A stretch of 64,000 nt of DNA from Octopus sinensis (Eukaryota). Both the position numbers and the translations under genes were made by a program. The stretch covers positions 16,120,001-16,184,000 of the forward strand of contig NC_043025.1 of the NCBI RefSeq assembly GCF_006345805.1, read 5' to 3'. Under the pieces are notes generated by a model that saw nothing but the letters and a program-made list of their open reading frames with translations, ran no database searches and was not told the DNA's origin. Shown here piece after piece: positions 52,101 to 63,302 of the stretch (its first letter is position 1; each line of letters begins with the position of its first letter).

Positions 52101-53042
52101 TGTCTTCCATCTCAGTGTCTTCCATCCCAGTGTCTTCCATCATAGTGTCTTCCATCCCAGTGTCTTCTATCCCAATGTCTTCCATCTCAGTGTCTTCCAT
52201 CCCAGTGTCTTCCATCCCAGTGTCTTCCACCCCAGTGTCTTCTATCCCAGTGTCTTCCATCGTAGTGTCTTCCATTCCAGTGTCTTCCATCCCAGTGTCT
52301 TCCATCCCAGTGTCTTCCATCCCAGTGTCTTCCATCCCAGTGTCTTCCATCCCAGTGTCTTCCACCCCAGTGTCTTCCATCCCAGTGTCTTCCATTCCAG
52401 TGTCTTCCATTCCAGTGTCTTCCATCCCAGTGTCTTCCATCCCAGTGTCTTCCATCCCAGTGACTTCCATCCCAGTGTCTTCCATTCCAGTGTCTTCCAT
52501 CCCAGTGTCTTCCAACCCAGTGTCTTCCATCCCAGTGTCTTCCATCCCAGTGTCTTCCATCCCAGTGTCTTCCATTCCATTGTCTTCCATCCCAGTGTCT
52601 TCCATTCCAGTGTCTTCCATTACAGTGTCTTCCATTCCAGTGTCTTCCATTCCAGTGTCTTCCACCCCAGTGTCTTCCATCCCAGTGTCTTCCACCCCAG
52701 TGTCTTCCACCCCAGTGTCTTCCATTCCAGTGTCTTCCATCCCAGTGTCTTCAATCCCAGTGTCTTCCATCCCAGTGTCTTCCATCCCAGTGTCTTCCAT
52801 CCCAGTGTCTTCCATCCCAGTGTCTTCCATCCCAGTGTCTTCCATCCCTGTGTCTTCCATCTCAGTGTCTTCCATCTCAGTGTCTTCCATCCCAGTGTCT
52901 TCCATCCCATTGTCTTCCATCCCAGTGTCTTCCATCCCTGTGTCTTCCATCTCAGTGTCTTCCATCCCAGTGTCTTCCATCACAGTGTCTTCAATCCCAG
53001 TGTCTTCCATCCCAGTGTCTTCCATCCCAGTGTCTTCAATTG
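46197..53042. repeat. 15-bp satellite, about 455 copies, 6.8 kb, at the start of DDO intron 1
   Basis: Unit ccatcccagtgtctt with recurrent variants; explains all SSIPV/MEDTG/WKTLG/VFHPS/QCLPS ORFs. Confidence 0.98.
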
Positions 53043-53055
53043 CAGTTTTAACTTT

Positions 53056-53870
53056 TTAACCCCTCAGTGACCAGATTATTCTGTCAAACGTAATGGTTAT
53101 TCACCTTGTTTTGACTTAATCATGCTTTATGTTGGAGCTTGAAGATTTTCATAACGTGATTGCTTATTTTTTGAATGACATTGTAGGGTCGGTGTAAGAG
53201 GCTGGATCTGGCCAGTGTGAACATAATACATGCAAAATAGATGGCAGCTTTCAGATTTCCCTCTCAAATGTCTCATGCTTCTTTATTCCCATTGTTTTGA
53301 ATTAATGAAGTATTTATTTTCTCATCGCTCTTTCATTGACCTGCTTCTTTATTTTTAGAATGTTATGAATAGAACAGGTATTTGAGGTCACACCAGGCCA
53401 GTTTGGTCATAAAACAAGGGCAATATTTGGGCCAAATGTAGCTGGTTTTAATGCTAAAAGACTCTAAGGTTGCTCTGCAAAATGTAATCTTTATTCATCA
53501 TCATTCATATTGTTTTGAATTAATCCTGCTTTATCTTTTAGCTTTGAGATTCCAGTGATGTGATTGTTTGTTTTAAGAATAAATATGAGAGACCTCACCT
53601 GGCCAGTTTCAACACAAACCAGATATAATATTTCAGTTAGTTATGGTTAGTTTAAATGCTAAAAGGTTCACCCATTCATATTTATATTACTCTTTCACAT
53701 GTCGCTCTTATTCATCCGCATTGTTTTGAATGAATTAATCTTGGAGCTTCTGTGAGGTGATGGTTTATTTTGCGAATGACAATGTGAGAGGCCAGTTCTT
53801 GTTGGTTTGAGCATAAAACAGGTGGAATATCTAGGCTGGAAAGGCCCAGTCTTAATGCTAAACCAGTTAG
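53056..53870. mobile_element. About four tandem degenerate copies of a roughly 200-bp TTAA-ended MITE-like repeat
   Basis: Recurrent ttattc...cattgttttgaattaatc...ctggccagtt...aaacagg...ttaatgctaaa units. Confidence 0.55.
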
Positions 53871-53877
53871 GTTTTAA

Positions 53878-54964
53878 CCCTTTCGTTACCAAACCGCCCA
53901 AAGCCGCCCGAACAAAATTTTGGTTTATGAAACCAAACCGCCCAAAGCCGCCCGAATTTACCTATTCATATTTAAATGAGAATATCAGAGCAAATCTCTT
54001 CAGTACATTCGTGAAAACACGTATTATACTTCGTAAACAGTTCAACTACAGTTTTGTACAATAATCGAAGTGTAATTTTAATTCCGTGAATTTTGGGAGA
54101 TTTTTTTCCGAAATTTGTTCCTATTGTGTTTTCAAAATTTGTAATTCTGACAAAAAATGGATACGAATTTCATTATATCAAGCAGCGAGTCAGAATTCGA
54201 AGGATTTTCTACTGAAGACCTTCATAAATCTAACTCTATGACTGAAAAAAAAAAAGCATGTGGTATTTGATAATGAATCTGATGTTTCATTTTCCGAAAG
54301 TGAAAACAGTGAATCTGAGATCTCCGATAGCGATAAAGAAAATGAATTGGCACCTGAATGGTGTGAAAATTTAAAAACTGTTTCTTTCGGTGATTTTTCT
54401 GAAGAAACTGGACCAAGCCACAGACTTTCCCAGAAGGGTAAAGCCTTAGACTATTTCTTTTTACTTTTTCGAATGAGCCTATTTGAAATCATTACAGCGG
54501 AGACGAACCGTTACGCTAAACGTAAACAAAGCAAAAGAAACGATAGTTTGTGGTTTCCCATAACCTTAAATGAAATTAAGACTATTTTGCCATAAATATT
54601 ATTATGGGTATCAGAAAGTTACCCAGAATAACAAATTCTATCGTAAAATGTTGTTGTATACCCAATTGAATATTAGCTAATAACCCATTTTCTATAGCGA
54701 TGTTTGAACAAAATTTTAATAATTTTATATTTTGTGGAATTTACCTGTATCTACCTGGAATTAGAGTCACTTTGTGACAAAAATTATAGTATAGAATTGG
54801 TTGAGAATATTTCATTAAATTATCTTCCAAAAATCAGATTGATATATTGATAAATAAAAAAGTTATAGTTGTTTAATGAAACCAGACTAAATTTATGATT
54901 ACGTTAGAAATTAATTGAAACACATAAGGGGTGTATTTTGATCAGAAATATAGTAACGAAAGGG
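53878..54964 (+). mobile_element. piggyBac-type element, internally deleted
   Basis: TTAA-CCCTTTCGTTAC ... GTAACGAAAGGG-TTAA (12-bp TIRs, TTAA TSD); internal ORF 54260-54595 has DYFFLLF...IITAETNRYA...W.PITLNEIK, typical of PGBD transposase N-terminal regions. Confidence 0.9.
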
Positions 54965-55439
54965 TTAAGCCAGTTTTGTAGCAGTTCTTTCCCAGTTTTA
55001 TTATGACTTTATTTTAACTTTTAAACAAATACTTTGTTTCCATTCCACTTTTTTAAAGTTCTACACAAGTGTGACAAGAAGTTTGCATCCTGACCTCATG
55101 GTCTCTGGTTCAATCCCACATAGTGGGAACCAAAGCTGTATTAATGGATTTGGTTCTTGGAGACTGTGTGGAAGCCCATCATATATATATGTATAATAAA
55201 AAGTAAAAAGAGTTTAAAAGACCCAGGCATATATCTACGAAGCATTCAGTGTTAAATGAATTGGTTAATTATATTCAACCATCAGACACCAATATATGCC
55301 AGTAGAATTAACATCCAAGGATGACAAATATTTTCCAAATATTTCAAAGAATTTGGAGAATATAATAACAAGATCAAGAATGAAGAAAATCATATATGTG
55401 TGTACACACACACGCACACGCATACACACTGACATGGCA

Positions 55440-55700
55440 GGAGTAAATAGGTACCCTTACAGTCATTAAAATTTACTTAAATCTGAAACTATACACAGAA
55501 TAACTGCCTTGATTCATTGTTGGTTGCAATCTTTCCATGTCAAATTCTTGAACACAGGGTCTCCAGACCCACACTCGACTACTCTCAAAAAATACAGCAA
55601 ATCTGGACTCATCAGAGAATATAATAGTGGCCCAAAATGCTAGTGGCCACTCCATCATCTCACTGGCCCAATTTTTTCTCTACTAGGATAACATCGGTGA
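55440..55700 (-). mobile_element. Tc1-type transposase fragment
   Basis: WATIIFSDESRF...VWR motif (first D of DDE). Confidence 0.75.
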
Positions 55701-55846
55701 CATGGGGAGGTGAGTCTGGTCAGCATGGGCAACTGCTGGTCTTCCATAAACAACCTTGCCTAGACTTGTGCCTTGGAAGGGAACTTTCTAGGTGCGATTC
55801 CATGCATTATCCTTTATATATATATATATATATATTATATAGAAGG

Positions 55847-55897
55847 AGCTTCTACAGGACTAGAACTGTTTCATTCAAGAGAAATCATCAGGAAGCT
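55847..55897 (-). ncRNA. Type I hammerhead motif in a (TA)n-bounded element (55835-56145)
   Basis: AGCTTC-CTGATGA-tTTCtcttGAAt-GAAAC-AGttctagtcCT-GTA-GAAGCT; 6-bp stem I, 4-bp stem III, U-U at the base of stem II. Confidence 0.7.
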
Positions 55898-56145
55898 AGT
55901 AGACAAGAGTTGTTTTGGCATTTATACATTTAGGCAGGTTTAAATGGGTGGTGGTGGGGGACTTTTTTGGGGGTAGGCCTGGTGCAAAACTGTCATTATT
56001 AGGGGAGTGGTCAAAGGAATCGGTGGTAAAGTAGATAAAAGAATAAATAAAAGAATAAATAAAATAAAATAAAAGAATAAATTAATTTACTCTGCTATGT
56101 ATTGAGTACCTTAATTACTGTGGTTAACCCCGACTCAACCCGGGA

Positions 56146-56182
<37 letters not shown>

Positions 56183-56342
56183 GCACAGGAATGACTGTGT
56201 GGTAAGTAGTTTGCTTACCAACCACATGGTTCTGGGTTCAGTCCCACTGTGTGGCACCTTGGTCAAGTGACTTTTACTATAACTTCAGGCTGACTAAAGC
56301 CTTGTGAGTGGATTTGGTAGATGGAAGGTGAAAGAAGCCCGT

Positions 56343-56374
<32 letters not shown>

Positions 56375-56381
56375 GATATAT

Positions 56382-56546
56382 ATCTGTAAAAAATATGACA
56401 ATTATTCGGTAGCCAAGATAAAACTCTGAGTTTCGGATGCCGAGGTGGAAATCTTTGGAGATGGTGTTGTGGATTTCCACCTCCACATCCGAAACTCAGA
56501 GTTTTATCTTGGCTATTGAATAATTGTCACATATTATTTTACAGAT
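56382..56546. mobile_element. Hairpin element containing a hammerhead 3' half
   Basis: 56382-56439 pairs with 56486-56546, inner stem gaggtggaaatc/gatttccacctc; right arm has GAAACTCAGAGT as at 57103. Confidence 0.65.
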
Positions 56547-56631
56547 AAATTTCCTCTATTTACATAATGTTGAGGTCTCTTTCTTTCTTTTGTTATCTTA
56601 CCGTTTTTACCAATATATATATATGTATGTA

Positions 56632-56669
<38 letters not shown>

Positions 56670-56878
56670 TGTGTGTGTGTGTGTGTTTGTCTCCCCTCCA
56701 TTGCTTGACAACCAATATTGATGTGTTTATGTCCCTGTAACTTAGCAGTTTGTCAAAAAGAGGTAGATAGAAGAAGTACTAGGCTTACAAAAAATAAGAC
56801 CTGGGGTCGATTTGCTCCACTAAAGGTAGTGCTCTGGCATGGCCACAGTCAAATGACTAAAACAAATAAAATAATAAA

Positions 56879-56908
<30 letters not shown>

Positions 56909-56911
<3 letters not shown>

Positions 56912-57152
56912 GGAGTAAACACATAAATGTGAAACAAGGTGGAAAAAAGAGTACTCAAATACCAGTGGTAGCGTAATATGCTTTATTTAAAGCAGCAGAA
57001 AATTCAACAAAATCTGTTACTCTGAGTTTCTCGTTGCCGAGTCTAGATTGAATTGATATATCGGTTCCATTCTAGCAAAAACTGTCTGATGAACGGCAAC
57101 GAGAAACTCAGAGTAACAGATTTTGTTGAATTTTCTGCTGCTTTAAATAAAG
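56909..57152. mobile_element. Fold-back hammerhead element between (TA)n tracts
   Basis: 59-bp perfect inverted arms 56981-57039 / 57094-57152. Confidence 0.75.
57082..57119 (+). ncRNA. Minimal type I hammerhead motif, sense within DDO intron 1
   Basis: CTGT-CTGATGA-aCGgcaaCGa-GAAAC-TCAGA-GTA-ACAG; 2-bp stem II with GCAA loop, near-palindromic ACTCAGAGT; predicted cut after 57115. Confidence 0.7.
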
Positions 57153-57639
57153 TATATATATATATATATATAGAAATTCCTTTCTCTCTGTTCTTTTACT
57201 GCGGTTCTCACCGTTATAATCTGTTTACTCTATAACTCACGTGGATGGAAGTGGGAAGAACATGAATCTTCACTCGTACTTTTTGAATTTGCTGGCACTG
57301 GCAGCTTGAAGATGTTTGTCTGAGGTGATTCATGTCGGACGGGTATGTTCAGTTTTTTAGTGCTTTCAAATACAAATTAAGAAATGTTGAGCTGACGAAA
57401 GAAATGTCGAGTTTTAATTCGACTAATCTAGAAATGTGAGCGTTCTCAATTAATCTTTGTACACGTGATATTTTGCTGTTTTCCCTCCATATCTATGTGA
57501 ATTATTTTTGAGTAAACACTATCTGGGAGAATCTTCTTAAAGTAGTGGAAATGGCTAAAAAAACTTTTTGGCTGCTATTTCTAAAAATTTCAGTATGTGG
57601 CAAAGTAAATTATTTTACTGAGCCCTAATTATATAACGT

Positions 57640-57673
<34 letters not shown>

Positions 57674-57690
57674 TATATATATATATATAT

Positions 57691-57858
57691 ATAAAAGGAA
57701 ATGAAGAAAATGCTGACAAAATAATTTAAGTAATTTAAGTAATTTAATTAGGTGAAAGTTCTTTTTACCGGTTGCGCATTTGTTAACCGGTAAAAAGAAC
57801 TTTCACCTAATTAAATTACTTAAATTATTTTGTCAGCATTTTCTTCATTTCCTTTTTT
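57691..57858. mobile_element. Hairpin element with hammerhead-like 3' half (AACCGGTA)
   Basis: About 75-bp inverted arms around an 11-nt loop; 9-bp duplication in the left arm; flanked by (TA)n. Confidence 0.6.
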
Positions 57859-57895
57859 ATATATCACAACTTGTGTTCCACATCTCCTTTTTTAA

Positions 57896-57937
<42 letters not shown>

Positions 57938-58065
57938 ATATGTACAAAATTTAGAGGTCTGACCTAAATTTTGTATGTAAAAAAACTTTTAATCTTCGGA
58001 TTTAAAAAAAAATATGCTTGACCACTAGTTTTAATTGATTAATATCAATTTCTACCCTTATTTAA

Positions 58066-58097
<32 letters not shown>

Positions 58098-58362
58098 TAA
58101 TAAATAAAACATATGCATACATACATACATATATGTACATACCTACATCTATATGTATATATACATACATATATGAGTACAGGACACCACAAAAAAGTGT
58201 AGAACACAACGAGAAACGAAGACAAAAAAATCAAACAAGGAAACGGACTTTTTTTACAACGAAGAAACAGGGTAAAAGACAAACACTAACTTAACAACTC
58301 TATCTGCTTGACTATCCATCCATCCATCCATCTATCGAACTATCTATCTGTCTATCTATCTA

Positions 58363-58449
<87 letters not shown>

Positions 58450-58832
58450 GCCGATATTCCCTACATGTGGCTTAGTGGTTAGGGGTGTTGGACTCATGAT
58501 CCTAAGATTGTGGTTTCTATTCCTGGGGCCGGGCGATGTGTTGTGTGCTTGAGCAAGACCCTTCATTTCATGTTGCTTCAGCCCACTCAGCTGGCAGATA
58601 CGAGCAACCCCTGCGATGGTGGAGGGAATCTGGGAAGCTGGCTTTGTCAGCCTGTGGCCCTGGGAGGACTTTTGATTCCCTTTTGATAGACTTACCTACA
58701 TGCCTGTCTGTCTGTCTGTCTGTCCTTTCTGTATTTCTGCCTGTCTGCCTGTCTACCTCCACTCTCTTCAACACCAGTATCATCATCATCATCATCATCT
58801 GCAGCAGAAACAGCAGAAGCAACACCACCACT

Positions 58833-58835
58833 ACT

Positions 58836-58925
<90 letters not shown>

Positions 58926-59126
58926 GCTACTACTACTGCCACTACTCTTACTACTACTACTACTACTACTACTACTACCGCTACTACTGCTACTACTACT
59001 ACTACTACTACTCTACTACTACTACTATACTACTACTACCGCTACTACTGCTACTACTACTGCCACTACTCTTACTACTACTACTACTACTACTACTACT
59101 GCTACTACTACTACTGCCACTACTCT

Positions 59127-59165
<39 letters not shown>

Positions 59166-59188
59166 CGCTACTACTGCTACTACTACTG

Positions 59189-59220
<32 letters not shown>
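58833..59220. repeat. (CTA)n microsatellite just upstream of DDO exon 2
   Basis: Direct reading; ends about 35 nt before the acceptor. Confidence 0.95.
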
Positions 59221-59255
59221 GCTGTTATTGTTGTCTTCCTGCTTTCTCTCTTCAG

Positions 59256-59367
59256 ACAATGGTCTCAAGATACATTCAGCCATTTCAACAATCTCTTCAA
59301 TTCTCCGGAGGCCAGCGATTGTGGCATAGCACTGATGTCTGGTTTTCTGTTAAGCAACAAAGAGAAG
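59256..59367 (+). CDS. DDO: DDO coding exon 2
   Basis: ctctcttcag|a CAA TGG...: (K)QWSQDTFSHFNNLFNSPEASDCGIALMSGFLLSNKEK|gtgagt; phase 2 to 0, in frame with exon 1. Confidence 0.9.
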
Positions 59368-59501
59368 GTGAGTTCAATCCCCAAGAAAGGCGGTTGGCTG
59401 GGATGGTGGTGGTGGTGGGGGTGGAGGCTTATCTTATTCTTTGGTTTGTTCCGAGGAGACGGTCTGGGATCACTGTTTTTTTATTCCTTGGGGATTTATT
59501 C

Positions 59502-59536
<35 letters not shown>

Positions 59537-59899
59537 ATTTCGGCCCCTGTTTTCCCCAGCAGAAAACAGAATTTCATGGAAGCCTGCTCTTCCTTCGTTT
59601 CAGATCATCCCAAAAATCAACAACAAAACAAACACCCACGCCACATGGCAGTGTGACATTAAACGCTGCTGCCGACCTGGAGACTGATGCCTGAGGGTCA
59701 TATCAAGTGGCAGAAGCCTGGACTACAACAGGCTTCTCCCATAGAGAACGTTTCCTCCTCCTATATTATCCTATATTATTATTTTCTTCATTTTTATTTC
59801 CAATAATGTCCTCCATTAATATATTCATTTTTGTTACAATAAGATAAATTTCTTTATTAAGCCATGCAGGGCTGAACATAGAGGGGACAATACAATACT

Positions 59900-60302
59900 C
59901 TTTACTCTTTTACTCTTTTACTTGTTTCAGTCTTTTGACTGCGGCCATGCTGGAGCACCGCCTTTAATCGAGCAACTCGACCCCGGGACTTATTCTTTGT
60001 AAGCCCAGTACTTATTCTATCGGTCTCTTTTGCCAAACCGCTAAGTGACGGGAACATGAACACACCAGCATCGGTTGTCAAGCAATGCTAGGGGGACAAA
60101 CTCAGACACACAAAGATGCACGCACGCATATATATATACATATATACGACGGGCTTCTTTCAGTTTCCGTCTACCAAATCCACTCACAAGGCTTTGGTCG
60201 GCCCGAGGCTATAGTAGAAGACACTTGCCCAAGGTGCCACGCAGTGGGACTGAACCCAGAACCATGTGGTTGGTTAGCAAGCTACTTACCACACAGCCAC
60301 TC
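59900..60302 (-). mobile_element. SINE family A, full length
   Basis: Reverse complement of family A. Confidence 0.85.
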
Positions 60303-60876
60303 CAATGTAGAATTTTTCTTTTCCAAACCAATCAATAGGGATCAAAAACACTTTGGGATGTGTACACAAGCAGATAACAAGGTAACAATGGAAATCCCCA
60401 AAAAGGGGAGAAAATATAACACTGATTGGGGTTATCTGTGGAGAGAAAACCCTACGGAAAAAAAACAAAAAAACATGGTAACCTTGGAAAAAATAAACAT
60501 GAGAGCAAAACACCCTTTTTCTTTTTGTTCTATAGGGTCCTGCACAAAGGGGTTTCGTCATTCATGCATATCATGTTTGCTACACTCACCCACCTTTTAT
60601 TAAATTTTGTGTTAGATAAAACATCCCTCTCTACTTTTACCATTCTTTCCAGGCTCACTAGCAGAGACGGTAGCACACTGGGCAGTCTGCCTCTACATTC
60701 TGAGTTCAAATTCTGGCAAGGTCGACTTTGTCTTTCATCCTTTCAGAGTCGATGAATTAAGTACCAGTTGTGTACTCGGGTTGATCTAATTGACTGGCCC
60801 CCTCCCCTAAAATTTCGGTCCTTGTGTCTAGGGTAGAAAAGAATATTTGTAAAAGTTATTACAACAAGATAGGCGC

Positions 60877-61250
60877 AGGAGTGGCTGTGTGGTAAGTAGC
60901 TTGCTTACGAACCACATGGTTCCGGGTTCAGTCCCACTGCGTGGCATCTTGGGCAAGTGTCTTCTGCTATAGCCCCGGGCCGACCAATGCCTTGTGAGTG
61001 GATTTGGTAGACGGAAACTGAAAGAAACCCGTCGTATATACGTATATATATGTATGTGTGTATGTATGTGTGTGTGTTGGTGTGTCTGTGTTTGTCCCCC
61101 TAGCATTGCTTGACAACCGATGCTGGTGTGTTTACGTCCCCGTCACTTAGCGGTTCGGCAAAAGAGACCGATAGAATAAGTACTGGGCTTACAAAAGAAT
61201 AAGTCCCGGGGTCGATTTGCTCGATTAAGTAAAAGAAACAAGTAAAAGAA
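60877..61250 (+). mobile_element. SINE family A, full length
   Basis: As above. Confidence 0.85.
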
Positions 61251-61409
61251 AAAAAAAAAAATAAAAGATAACAATTGTTTGTATTAAAACTGTAATTTTT
61301 TACATTTAATGAATAATTTCTTCAACTGCAATATTTTTTTTTTTTTTTTTTTGTACTTGTTTCAGTCATTTGACTGCGGCCATGCTGGAGCACCGCCTTT
61401 TAGAGTGGT

Positions 61410-61570
61410 GAAAGAGTACAGCAGGGATCACCACCATCCCCTGCCGGAGCCTCGTGGAGCTTTTAGGTGTTTTCGCTCAATAAACACACACAACGCCCGG
61501 TCTGGGAATCGAAACCGCGATCCTCCGACCGCAAGTCCGCTGCCCTAACCACTGGGCCATTGCGCCTCCA
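61410..61570 (-). mobile_element. SINE family C, 5' part
   Basis: Reverse complement of 9978-10140. Confidence 0.8.
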
Positions 61571-61685
61571 CATCCTCCAAATATCCTACATTCTTTATTT
61601 TTTTAAACATAACAATAATAATAATATTAATAATATTTCTTGTTCTTGTGTTTTTGCTGACCAACCTGTCTGGTAACTCGACCAG

Positions 61686-61765
61686 CTTGACATGATTGAG
61701 GATATCAGCCTTGGTCAGAGCAAGATGACTGCTGAGCAAATAGCCAAGATGGGCTTTGACTGCAA
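61686..61765 (+). CDS. DDO: DDO coding exon 3
   Basis: gaccag|LDMIEDISLGQSKMTAEQIAKMGFDC(K)|gtgaga; aligns with the DDO-type VVLGFRKMT segment; phase 0 to 2. Confidence 0.8.
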
Positions 61766-62009
61766 GTGAGATCCCTTTCTACGTTTAACATTCTTTGTTT
61801 TCATTTTCTTTTTCTTTCTTATTTTCTCCCTCATCTCCCATCATACTTTCTACTGTTATTTCAAATCTATCCATCCATCTATCTATCTGTCTATCCATCC
61901 ATCCATCCATGTATGTATGTGTGTATGTGTTTGTGTGTGTTACTGTGTATGTATATATATATATGTATGACAAATCAAAATAGATGAACATCAATGGAAT
62001 TTGTATCTT

Positions 62010-62471
62010 TGTGGTACCAGTGCCGGTGGCACGTGGCACACAAGAAAACCATCCGAACGTGGCCGTAGCCAGTACCGCATCGACTGGCCTCCGTGCTGTG
62101 GGCACGTAACAAACACCATCCGATCGTGGCCGTTTGCCAGCCTCATCTGGCACCTGTGTCGGTGGCACATAAAAACACCATCCGAGCGTGGCCGTCTGCC
62201 AGCCTCGTCTGGCACCTGTGTCGGTGGTACATAAAAAAACACCATCCGAGCATGGCCGTTTGCCAGCCTCGTCTGGCACCTGTGTCGGTGGCACATAAAA
62301 TCACCCACTACACTCTCGGAGTGGTTGGCGTTAGGAAGGGCATCCAGCTGTAGAAGCACTGCCAGATCTGACTGGACTGGTGCAGCTTTCGGGCTCCCCA
62401 GACCCCAGTTGAACCGTCCAACCCATGCTAGCATGGAAAGCGGACGCTAAACGATGATGATGATGATGATG
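62010..62471 (+). mobile_element. RTE LINE 3' UTR with about 60-bp subrepeats
   Basis: Same as 34740-35168. Confidence 0.85.
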
Positions 62472-62883
62472 TATACATGTATGTGTGTATCTATCTGTCT
62501 GTCTATCCATCCATCCATGTATGTATGTGTGTATGTGTTTGTGTGTGTGTGTATCTGTGTATGTATATGTATATATGTATGTGCATGCATGTATGTGTGT
62601 ATCTATCTGTCTATCCATCCATCCATGTATGTATGTGTGTATGTGTATGTATATGTATATATGTATGTGTATGCATGTATGTGTATATCTATCTGTCTGT
62701 TTATCCATCCATCCATGTATGTATGTGTGTATGTGTTTGTGTGTGTGTGTATCTGTGTATGTATATGTATATATGTATGTGTAGGCATGTATGTGTGTAT
62801 CTATCTGTCTGTGTGTCTGCTTTTTCCATCTACCCCCTTCCCGTCTCCGTCTCCCCTAATGTCTTCTATTCTTCCATTCACAG

Positions 62884-62949
62884 ACATGTGACCAAAGTGT
62901 TGACTTACACAATGGAATGCCGCAGATATATGCCATGGTTAACCTCAAA
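62884..62949 (+). CDS. DDO: DDO coding exon 4 (gene continues beyond the window)
   Basis: ttccattcacag|a HVTKVLTYTMECRRYMPWLTS(K)|gtaagt; resembles the DDO EC..YLPWL motif. Confidence 0.88.
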
Positions 62950-63302
62950 GTAAGTCCGTTGCTCCTTGTAACCTCAGCTCTTCGAATCTCCAAATCCCTG
63001 GCCTTCACTTCTAACAACCACACTATTTCTGGCACCATCTTTTTATCACCCACTTTTTGTGTCCAACCACCTGGGCCCTGTCCTTCATGTCTATCTGTCT
63101 GTCTGTCTGTCCATTCATCTATCGGTCAGTCTGTCCATCCGTCTGTCTGACTGTTGGTCGATCAGTCCGTTTGTCTGTCCGTATGTCTGTCCGTCTATCT
63201 GTCTGTCCATCCATCCGTCTGTCTGCCTGTCCGTTTGTTGGTTCATCCATTTGTCCCTCCATCTGTCTGTCTGCCTACCTGTCCGTCTGCCCATTCGTCC
63301 AT

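Noticed and set aside
46017-53070. Very long ORFs (up to 1647 aa) of SSIPV/MEDTG/WKTLG repeats
   Set aside because: All six frames of a 15-bp satellite; the exon 1 donor precedes them and frames switch at single-base indels.
59560-59740. GC-richer segment with a 9-bp hairpin (agaagcctg/caggcttct), considered as an HDV-like ribozyme or RTE 5' end
   Set aside because: Could not thread the P1-P2-P3-P1.1-P4 double pseudoknot by eye; left unassigned.
61660-61685. DQPVW upstream of exon 3 resembling the DDO PxW motif
   Set aside because: Followed by an in-frame TAA and misaligned in spacing; intronic coincidence.
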